Assembly (NCBI GenBank): GCA_945861665.1
Contig: CAMAVS010000003.1
Span: 273,362-337,361, forward strand
From: Chitinophaga pinensis
GTDB taxonomy: Bacteria > Bacteroidota > Bacteroidia > UBA4408
Direction of reading: 5' to 3'
Length of the DNA stretch: 64,000 bases
Shown here: piece after piece, positions 9,963 to 18,307 of the stretch
How the letters are laid out: each line of letters begins with the position of its first letter
Position numbering within the stretch: position 1 is the stretch's first letter
The notes under the pieces: generated by a model
Database searches by the model: none
What the model saw: only the letters and a program-made list of their open reading frames with translations
Told to the model about the DNA's origin: nothing
Translations under genes and position numbers: made by a program

Positions 9963-11928
9963 TTACGGAAATTCAGTTAGTACTTCGGATGCTATTAAAA
10001 AAATGGCGGATGTTATTGCTCATCGAGGTCCCGATGATGAAGGCTTCTTTTTATCAAGTGAGAGCAAAGATGTTACCGCTTTCGGACAAGATACCCCTGT
10101 ACAAATTATTTCATCAAGTATTCATTACACACCTAATGAATCCATTACTTCGTTTCATTCAGAACAATTTGATGTTGCATTGGCGCACCGTAGATTAGCC
10201 ATTTTGGATTTAAGTCCTGCCGGTCATCAGCCAATGTGTAATAGCGATAAAAATGTTTGGTTAACGTTTAATGGTGAAATATACAATTATATTGAAATAA
10301 GAGAAGAGCTGATGCAACTTGGCTACACTTTTGTAACCAATACTGATACTGAGGTTGTGATTGCTTCATACAAACAATGGGGAATCAATTGTGTAAATCA
10401 CTTTAATGGTATGTGGGCTTTTGTTATCTATGATAAAAAACAAGGTGTACTTTTTGCTTCGCGTGATAGATTTGGTGTAAAGCCGTTTTATTACTACCAT
10501 GATAAGAATATATTTGCCTTTGCATCTGAGCAAAAAGCATTGGTTAAAATGCCTTTCGTAAAAACGGAAATCAATACAGCAGCTACATTTGACTACTTTG
10601 TAATGGGGCAAATTGAATACGAAGAGGAGGGGATGTTTAAAAATGTATTTGAATTAATGCCATCACATTCCTTTACATATACTTTTAAAAATAGAGATTT
10701 AAAAAAATGGCGCTATTATGAATTACCAAATTCATCAACATCGCATCAGTTTAACTCAAAAACGGAAAGTGAAATTGTCGAAGAGTTGCGATTGCTTTTA
10801 TTGAATTCGGTTCGTTTGCGCCTTCGCTCGGATGTTCCTGTTGGTGCTTGCCTTAGTGGTGGAATTGATAGCTCTTCTATAGTTGTTATGATGAGTAGTT
10901 TATTGGGCGACAAAATAAAAATTCCGGTTTTTACCGCTTGTTTTGATGATAAAGCGATAGACGAAAGTAGCTGGGCAAAAAAAGTGGTTGATACCACAAA
11001 TGTTAATTGGCATAGGGTTTTTCCAACATCTGCTGAGCTGTTAACGGATTTAGAAAATTTAATGTATTGTCAGGATGTGCCTATCTGGAGTACCAGTACC
11101 TATGCACAGTTTAGAACAATGCAATCTGTTAAAGAAAATGGAATAAAGGTTATAATGGACGGACAAGGTGGTGATGAATTATTTGGAGGCTATCCCCATC
11201 ATTATATTTATTACTGGCGCGAATTATTGAAAAATAAACAATACGGCAAACTGCGCAGCGAGATTTCAAGCTATCATTCATTTCCTTCAAATTATGCTTT
11301 TTTTATAAAGCAATATGCAAAACACATTGGTATTAAAAAAATGCCTGTTGCTTTTCAATCTGCCTTTAATCAATGGCATTTTAAAGAAATGCATTATTTA
11401 AGCAAAGATTTTTTGGCAATGCACAAAGAAAGGTTTGAGCTTGCTATAGAAAAGGAGAATGCATCACTGAATGCTCTTTTAATGAGTGAATTTAACAGCA
11501 GCTTGCTGAAAGGTTATTTAAAATGCGAAGACCGCTGTTCTATGTTTCATTCGGTTGAATCGCGAACCCCCTTTTCGGACGATAAAGCTTTGGTAGAGTA
11601 TGCATTGCAGATTCCATCGGAGTATAAAATAAAGCATTCGGTTAACAAATATATTCTGCGTGAAGCGATGAAACCATATTTACCCAATGAAATATACCAC
11701 CGTAAAGATAAAATGGGCTATGCTACACCTAATAATCGTTGGATAACGGAAGTTCGTGAGGGCTTAAAGGATGTTTTTAATACTTATGTCTGCAACGAAA
11801 TTATTGACTGTAAAAAAATTACAGTCGAGTCCGAAATACTTTTTAATATCGACCAAAAACCCGAAAATGGACGTGTATTTAAGTTTGTGAGTTTTGCAAT
11901 CTGGCAAAAGCTTTTTTTTAACTCTTAA
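9937..11928 (+). CDS. asnB: Asparagine synthase (glutamine-hydrolysing) family amidotransferase, AsnB-like, of the kind often found in glycan loci.
   Basis: N-terminal MCGIAG nucleophile motif; the SGGIDSS PP-loop; 663 aa. Confidence 0.85.
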   Translation: MCGIAGLVNYGNSVSTSDAIKKMADVIAHRGPDDEGFFLSSESKDVTAFGQDTPVQIISSSIHYTPNESITSFHSEQFDVALAHRRLAILDLSPAGHQPMCNSDKNVWLTFNGEIYNYIEIREELMQLGYTFVTNTDTEVVIASYKQWGINCVNHFNGMWAFVIYDKKQGVLFASRDRFGVKPFYYYHDKNIFAFASEQKALVKMPFVKTEINTAATFDYFVMGQIEYEEEGMFKNVFELMPSHSFTYTFKNRDLKKWRYYELPNSSTSHQFNSKTESEIVEELRLLLLNSVRLRLRSDVPVGACLSGGIDSSSIVVMMSSLLGDKIKIPVFTACFDDKAIDESSWAKKVVDTTNVNWHRVFPTSAELLTDLENLMYCQDVPIWSTSTYAQFRTMQSVKENGIKVIMDGQGGDELFGGYPHHYIYYWRELLKNKQYGKLRSEISSYHSFPSNYAFFIKQYAKHIGIKKMPVAFQSAFNQWHFKEMHYLSKDFLAMHKERFELAIEKENASLNALLMSEFNSSLLKGYLKCEDRCSMFHSVESRTPFSDDKALVEYALQIPSEYKIKHSVNKYILREAMKPYLPNEIYHRKDKMGYATPNNRWITEVREGLKDVFNTYVCNEIIDCKKITVESEILFNIDQKPENGRVFKFVSFAIWQKLFFNS

Positions 11929-12085
11929 AATCTTATCAATGTTCTTTGTTTATAATGTATTTGCTGCAATATACGGCTAAATAATGCCTTGATTCGATGA
12001 GCATTTTTGTTTTTTAAGATACAAGTGTTACATTTGTGTGTAATTAACATTACATTAATTCTATAAACCAAATAAAAATAAACAA

Positions 12086-14080
12086 ATGAATAAAGGTCTA
12101 CTAACGGTTTTAGCTTTAAGTACTGCTTTATCAGCCGTTGCTCAAAGCAATTTAAAATCACTTCAACAAGTCGATAAAAATCGTGTTGATACATATCAAG
12201 CTGGTTTTGCTGCAAACAAACTTCAAAAGCCAGCATCTATTTTAAGACCTCAAGGTGTAAGTGCTTTTACGCTTACTAGAATTGATATTGGAGTTTCTCC
12301 AAATGCTTATACTTGTGGATTTGGACCTAAAACTTATTTATGGGCAGATCCATCATTAAACGCAGTTTCTTTTGCACATCGTGGCACTGGTGTTCCTATA
12401 AGTTTAATCGGACTGGTTAACTATTCTGTTTCAAAGGATGGTGGCGCAACTTGGCCTGGAATTGATCTTAATGCTTACCTTCCCCAAGGCGAACCACTTG
12501 GTGTTAACTTTTCTGCAGCTCGTTACCCTCAAGGATTAATTTATAATCCAGTAGGAAATACAAACGTTGACTCAGCATACTTTGCTTATTTTGCTCCAAC
12601 GCGTAACAATACTAACCCAGGTCCAAATTCGGCCGATTGGGGTGGGATTGGTTACGGTGTTCACCAATTGAGTTCATTGTTACCTGCTAGACAAAGAGAA
12701 ATGAGATCAATAACTGTTCCTAACAAAGCTGAGTTTCATTTAATTCCTGATGGAATGTACACTTCTCAGCAAGGTGTTGTTTGGGCACTTGATCAATCAA
12801 ACAACCAAAATGCTGTAAATGGTTATAGAGATTCCTTGAATTTATTCAAAGGTTTTTGGAATGCGGGAACAAGAGATATTGACTATTTATTGAAAAAAAT
12901 TCCTGCCTCTATGACTACTCGTACTAGCGGAAATTCTATTGTATCTAACTACATTGATTGTAGAATTGCTTTTGCTCCGAACGGGCAAATAGGTTGGATA
13001 TCAATTTTAGGACATAACAGTTACATTGCTCGCCCAGATTCAGGTTTTTATCCAATATTGTACAAAACAATTGACGGTGGAACAAATTGGACTGGACCTT
13101 ACAGTGTTGATATTAATGGTTTAGCTGCTGTTACTGCATTAGGTGGAACTACCTTTACAACAGGTTTTGAACATGATTTAGTGGTGGATGTAAATGGTAA
13201 TCCTTATGTTACTTGTGCAATTGGTAAATTGGCTGCAAACTGGTCTATTTCAAGTGGACCAGGAAATTGGGGGCATTTTGTTGTATATTCTCCAAACGGT
13301 GGAACTAACTGGCATGCTGAATTGTTAGACAAAAGTCAAACATTCAGAGGCACTTTTGGTGCAGGTGCAAACGCAGTGAATGAAGATGGTCGTCCGCAAG
13401 CTTCAACAAATTGGGCAGGTGATAAATTATTCTTCGCTTGGTTTGATACCGATACATTCTCAAATGCAGGTGTTGGAAACTTAGCACCCGATTTATATGT
13501 ACGCGGCTTTAATGTTACAACTGATATGTGGACTGCAAGAAGACCGCATCCACTTCAAGGTGGTGTAATGACTTTTGGAGTTACAATTGGTGGAACCCCT
13601 TGTGAATTTGAAGTTACAATGGGTAACCTTTCTTACTATGTATTTACCAATGGAACCACTTCTGAGGTGCCGGTTTCTTATATGAAATTGGTTGACCCGG
13701 GTGATGCTACATCTCCTACAAGTCATCATTATATAAAAGGTATCACATACAATGATGTTGACTTTGTTGTGCCTACTGATACAGTTGGTCTTACAAATGG
13801 TATTAAACCATACGCAAATGATCATTTTGCTTTTGGTGTTAATCCAAATCCATTTAAAGGCAACGTAAACATTAAATATAACTTATCCTCTAACAGCAAT
13901 GTTTCTATAGAAATATATAACATATTGGGTGAAAAAGTAATGAATGTTGTTGCAAATCAAAACCAATTGCTTGGTGAACACAAATACAACGTTGACCTAA
14001 GCAAATACAATTCAGGAATTTATATTGTAAAAGCTAAATTGGGTAACGAAACTGTAACAAGAAAAATTACTCAGTACTAA
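12086..14080 (+). CDS. Secreted BNR/Asp-box repeat protein with a T9SS type-A C-terminal sorting domain.
   Basis: Signal peptide; Asp-box motifs SKDGGATW, TIDGGTNW and SPNGGTNW; C-terminal Por_Secre_tail-like region (NPNPFKGNVNIKY...IEIYNILGEKV...GIYIVKAKLGNETVTRKI). Confidence 0.75.
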   Translation: MNKGLLTVLALSTALSAVAQSNLKSLQQVDKNRVDTYQAGFAANKLQKPASILRPQGVSAFTLTRIDIGVSPNAYTCGFGPKTYLWADPSLNAVSFAHRGTGVPISLIGLVNYSVSKDGGATWPGIDLNAYLPQGEPLGVNFSAARYPQGLIYNPVGNTNVDSAYFAYFAPTRNNTNPGPNSADWGGIGYGVHQLSSLLPARQREMRSITVPNKAEFHLIPDGMYTSQQGVVWALDQSNNQNAVNGYRDSLNLFKGFWNAGTRDIDYLLKKIPASMTTRTSGNSIVSNYIDCRIAFAPNGQIGWISILGHNSYIARPDSGFYPILYKTIDGGTNWTGPYSVDINGLAAVTALGGTTFTTGFEHDLVVDVNGNPYVTCAIGKLAANWSISSGPGNWGHFVVYSPNGGTNWHAELLDKSQTFRGTFGAGANAVNEDGRPQASTNWAGDKLFFAWFDTDTFSNAGVGNLAPDLYVRGFNVTTDMWTARRPHPLQGGVMTFGVTIGGTPCEFEVTMGNLSYYVFTNGTTSEVPVSYMKLVDPGDATSPTSHHYIKGITYNDVDFVVPTDTVGLTNGIKPYANDHFAFGVNPNPFKGNVNIKYNLSSNSNVSIEIYNILGEKVMNVVANQNQLLGEHKYNVDLSKYNSGIYIVKAKLGNETVTRKITQY

Positions 14081-14097
14081 GTAAAAATTAATTTGTT

Positions 14098-14135
14098 TGA
14101 AAAATCCCCACCAATTTGGTGGGGATTTTTTATTT
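14098..14135. terminator. Rho-independent, probably bidirectional, terminator.
   Basis: A perfect 12-bp stem AAAATCCCCACC / GGTGGGGATTTT with loop AATT, flanked by an upstream A-run and a downstream T-run. It lies 18 nt after the stop of the 12086-14080 gene. Confidence 0.8.
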
Positions 14136-14166
14136 TATGCCGTATCTTCGTACAAAGCCATCTGCT

Positions 14167-16152
14167 ATGATTTTACGTTGTTTACTCTTCATTGCTTTCC
14201 TATTTAACATCCTAACTTCTTTCGCTCAAGAAAATGAAAATCCTTGTGGGGAAATAAGCAACAAAAAAGCAATTAAGTTGTATGAGAAAAGTATTGACCG
14301 AAAAGGATATGACTTCAAAGAACGAATGGTTTTTGTAAAAGAAGCGATAGAACTAGAACCTGAATACGTTGATGCTATTTATCAATTAGCAAGTATGAAA
14401 ATAACAATTGCTAAAGGCGATAATACTTCTTTTGCGCCTGCGCAAAAAGATTTGTTAAAGGTGATTGAGCTTTGTCCAGATTATCAACCCTATGCCTATT
14501 TTTATTTAGGACAAGTTGCCTATGGTGCCAGCAAATATGAAGATGCAGCAAAGTATATGACCTTGTTTTTAAAACGTCCCGAAAATGCTAAAAACGATGC
14601 GGATTATAAGTTAGCATCCGATATTTTAAAAGATTCAAAATTTAATGCCGAAATTTATGGAAAGCCAGTTCCTTTCGACCCTCAGCCTGTTCCAGGTGTA
14701 TGTACATTTGAGGATGAATACTTGGCAATGCTATCGCCCGACAATGATCAGATTTATTATACCCACAAATATTCTAAGCAAGGAAGGGGAGAGTTGGTTC
14801 CTCGACAAATAGAGGAATTTACTTTTGAAACACGTGAAGGTGAAAAATTTGCTGGTGCAAGAGCGCTCGATTTCCCTTTTAATGTTGGTGACAATTATGG
14901 AGGAGTAACTTTTTCGCTGGATAATAAACATATGTTTATTACCGTGTGTAAGCCTATTGAAATAGGCAAAATGAAAGGTAAAATGAATTGTGATATTTAT
15001 ACTTCCGATTTTGCTGATAATAAATGGTCGGATCTCCGTAACTTAGGACCAAATGTAAATACAGAGGACGGGTGGGAGGCGCAGCCAACCCTTTCGGCAG
15101 ACAGTAAAATATTATATTTTGCTACTGCTCGAGCCGACAGCAAAAAAAATTCAATGGATATTTATAAAACAGAACGTTCTTCAATTTATGCCGAGTGGGG
15201 ACAAGCTGTTAGTGTTGGAGATGTTATTAATACAAATGGAAATGAAAAATCACCTTTTGTGCATTCCGATAGTCAAACACTTTATTTTTCATCAGACATG
15301 CACCCCGGAGTAGGGGCTTACGATATTTTTTACACTAAATTGGATACGGGTAATCAATGGAAAGATCCTAAAAATATAGGCGTTCCAATTAATACCGAAA
15401 AGGATGAAGTGGGTTTTTTTGTTAGTACAGATGGTCACAAAGGATATTTTTCATCCAATCAAATTAAGGGAAAAGGGGTAGGAGGTTACGATGTTTTTTA
15501 TTTTGATTTGTACAAAGAAGCACGTCCCGAAAAAATACTTTTTGCAAAAGGTGTGTTGAAAGATGAGAACGGTGCACCTGCCCGTGCGAAAATTGAATTA
15601 AAATCAGTGAACTCAAAGAAAACGGTGAAGGTGGATGTGGATACACTAACAGGGGAGTATGCAGGAGTAATTGCAGTAATGGATAAAGAAGATGTAATTT
15701 TGAGTGTTGAAAAGGAAAATTATGCTTTTACTTCCCAATACATAAAGACTACTGGTGAAGTAATGAAACCCATTCAGATAGATTTTAACGTAAAGCCGCT
15801 TGAAATTGGAAGTGCTTACACCATAAATGATATTAATTATAATACTAATTCTGCAGATATTACGTTGGAAAGTAAAAATGTATTGAGCTCTTTTGCCGAT
15901 TATTTAAAAAAGAATGAAAACATTCGTGTTGAAATACGTGGACATACTGACAATGTTGGTAATTCCAACAACAATTTGCTATTGTCAACCAACAGAGCAT
16001 TTACCGTTTACGATGTATTGATGCAATTGGGTGTGACCAAATCAAGGATACAGTTTAAAGGATTTGGTGATAAAAAACCGATTGCCGACAATGCATCTGA
16101 TGAAGGGAAAGCTAAAAACAGACGAACAGAGTTTGTCCTTATTTCCAAATAA
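14167..16152 (+). CDS. OmpA-family protein with N-terminal TPR and PD40/TolB-like beta-propeller repeats.
   Basis: C-terminal OmpA peptidoglycan-binding motifs (TNRAFTVYDVLMQLGV...NRRTEFVLI). The start is moved to Met 14167 (MILRCLLFIAFLF... signal peptide) because the listed TTG start at 14116 lies inside the terminator hairpin. Confidence 0.75.
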   Translation: MILRCLLFIAFLFNILTSFAQENENPCGEISNKKAIKLYEKSIDRKGYDFKERMVFVKEAIELEPEYVDAIYQLASMKITIAKGDNTSFAPAQKDLLKVIELCPDYQPYAYFYLGQVAYGASKYEDAAKYMTLFLKRPENAKNDADYKLASDILKDSKFNAEIYGKPVPFDPQPVPGVCTFEDEYLAMLSPDNDQIYYTHKYSKQGRGELVPRQIEEFTFETREGEKFAGARALDFPFNVGDNYGGVTFSLDNKHMFITVCKPIEIGKMKGKMNCDIYTSDFADNKWSDLRNLGPNVNTEDGWEAQPTLSADSKILYFATARADSKKNSMDIYKTERSSIYAEWGQAVSVGDVINTNGNEKSPFVHSDSQTLYFSSDMHPGVGAYDIFYTKLDTGNQWKDPKNIGVPINTEKDEVGFFVSTDGHKGYFSSNQIKGKGVGGYDVFYFDLYKEARPEKILFAKGVLKDENGAPARAKIELKSVNSKKTVKVDVDTLTGEYAGVIAVMDKEDVILSVEKENYAFTSQYIKTTGEVMKPIQIDFNVKPLEIGSAYTINDINYNTNSADITLESKNVLSSFADYLKKNENIRVEIRGHTDNVGNSNNNLLLSTNRAFTVYDVLMQLGVTKSRIQFKGFGDKKPIADNASDEGKAKNRRTEFVLISK

Positions 16153-16157
16153 ATTCT

Positions 16158-16738
16158 GTGAACTTTCTTGCACATCTTTATTTATCAGGAAATTCGGAGG
16201 AGTTATTAATCGGAAGTTTTATTGCCGATGCTGTTAAGGGAAGTAATTTTGAAGGCTACCATCCACAGGTTGTTAAGGGCATAAAACTTCACCGCTGCAT
16301 AGATACTTTTACCGATTCGCATCCTGTTTTTTAAAAAGTAAGAGACGTTTGGTTCCTCATTTTGATAAATATTCAGGAGTACTAGTGGACATATTTTACG
16401 ATCATTTTTTAGCGGCTAATTGGAATACATACCATAAAATTTCCTTGGATATCTACACACAAGATGTATATGACTTAATGAAACGGAATACACATCATTT
16501 ACCCGAACACTCCAAGTTTATGTTGCCCTATATGATAAAAGCTAATTGGCTGTATAATTACGGATATTTTGAGGGCATACAAAGTGCCTTAAACGGTTTG
16601 TCGCGCAGAACAAAATTTAATTCCGGTATGGAGAATGGTGTAAAATATTTGCAGCAAAACTACAAACTGTACGAAATCGAATTTGCAGAATTCTTTCCCG
16701 ATATAATTGGGTATGTTAATACGGTGCTGCTAGAATAG
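16158..16738 (+). pseudogene. acpH: Acyl carrier protein phosphodiesterase (AcpH), interrupted by a frameshift in a T6A5 homopolymer.
   Basis: Frame A from GTG 16158 reads MNFLAHLYLSGNSEELLIGSFIADAVKG...GIKLHRCIDTFTDSHPVF and stops at TAA 16332-16334. The -1 frame continues with ...RRLVPHFDKYSGVLVDIFYDHFLAANW... to 16738. Both parts match AcpH in order and spacing. Confidence 0.6.
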
Positions 16739-16961
16739 TTATTAATTTATTTTGCCTTTTTTATGCGATAAATAAAATCTTCATTGTGGAGTTAATAGAT
16801 TTGTGTAGAGGAATTATTCCATTATAACTAAAGAAAACTAATAGCAACAGGTTTAATTAAGGGCGTAGCGTTTTTTATGCAATATTTCAGTAAGCCAACT
16901 TTGCAATAGCTATAACCTAGGCCCTTAATTTTCTTCTTAAAAACTCGTTTTATTGATAATG

Positions 16962-17657
16962 TTATTTATTTTTTTTATCGTTATCACCATTTTTGTTAGT
17001 CGTGTTTTTTGTATCTGTCGATTTATTTAATTCCGTCAATTTTTTATTGAATTCATTTGCTGATTGCGAAATTTGATCTTGAAATATTTCTTTAACTGTC
17101 AATATCTTGCCGTCCATTGTTTGATTAGTTTCTTTTATTTGTTTTTCAAACCTTACTCTTAACTCATCAATTTTACTATTATTATTATCATTTATTTGTG
17201 CTATATTTTTGTTTAAATCTTCCTCTTTTTGTTTAATGTTATTGTTAATAGCAGATAATTTTTTCATTACATAAATTAAATATATCAGTACAAGAAAAAT
17301 TCCACCAATAATTGCAATAATAGCATATAGTTTTCTTTTACTAAAAGATTGGCTAATGTTTTTGGTATGTTCATTTAAATTATTTATGGACTTAGAAATA
17401 GCGTTTTGCTTTTCAGCTTCTTTTTGAATTTCATTATTTGCCGTTTGAAGTATTGTAATAATACTGTCTGTTTTTCGAATTTCTTGCAATAGATTCTGAT
17501 TTTGATCATTCAATTGGTTTTTTAATAATGCATTGGATTTTTGCAATAATAAAATATCCGCTGAGTTGTTCTGTGAATCTTTTTGTGTGTTGTTAGTTTG
17601 AGCTTTCAAATAACAATTTGAAAGCATTAATGCTGCAATAAATATTGATTTTTTCAT
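16962..17657 (-). CDS. Hypothetical coiled-coil protein with a signal peptide and one central transmembrane segment.
   Basis: 231 aa, rich in Q/N/K/E, with the hydrophobic helix LYAIIAIIGGIFLVLIYLIYV. Confidence 0.5.
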   Translation of the reverse strand: MKKSIFIAALMLSNCYLKAQTNNTQKDSQNNSADILLLQKSNALLKNQLNDQNQNLLQEIRKTDSIITILQTANNEIQKEAEKQNAISKSINNLNEHTKNISQSFSKRKLYAIIAIIGGIFLVLIYLIYVMKKLSAINNNIKQKEEDLNKNIAQINDNNNSKIDELRVRFEKQIKETNQTMDGKILTVKEIFQDQISQSANEFNKKLTELNKSTDTKNTTNKNGDNDKKNK

Positions 17658-18307
17658 TGTTTTTGGGTTTTTATTAGTTTGTTTATTTTATTTCGCAATA
17701 TAATTTACTTATATATTAAGAATGTTCAATAATATATTATTAGCGACTCAATTATCAAGCTATTCTTACGAATGACCCCTACATTATCATTCTTCTAATT
17801 AATGAAACTTGCCCTAAATGATAATAACTATGTTTAATAACACCTTCAATATTTCGTAAATAACCTCAGTTTTTCGCTAACAAATGACTTGGTTTAATTT
17901 GCTGTTTTCCATTTGTTCAACATTGGTTATTCTTTTTATATTATCTAACTTATACAGTATGAGTTAATTGTAATTTATTGCTAAAATAATAAATTTTTAT
18001 TATAACCGCAATTATATTCACTCTAAGCGTTCGAATTTTGTGCGTATGCGGGGTTTCCGCATAACGTTTTAGGGTTAAGAGTTGGCGGGCATTTCGGAAC
18101 TAAATCGCAAATTAAAAAAATGTTGCGCACAGTGCACCTTTAAAAAAGCATTTTTAACTTGCAGGAGCTCCGCATTTTCTATTTACTTTTACCTTGCTGG
18201 CGTATTGTCAGCTATGTTATTGTCCGAAGTACTCGACTGTCGGCTTACTATTTTTTGCGTGAGCTTTGTGCGACTTTTAAAAGCGTTTGCAAATTAGTTG
18301 GCTATTT

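Noticed and set aside
14116-14166. Longest-ORF start (TTG 14116) of the OmpA-family gene.
   Set aside because: It lies inside a perfect terminator hairpin. A downstream Met gives a canonical signal peptide.
18082-18297. 71-aa ORF in the long intergenic gap.
   Set aside because: Cys- and Phe-rich low-complexity translation, no RBS or start context, and it overlaps the probable terminator region. Most likely non-coding.
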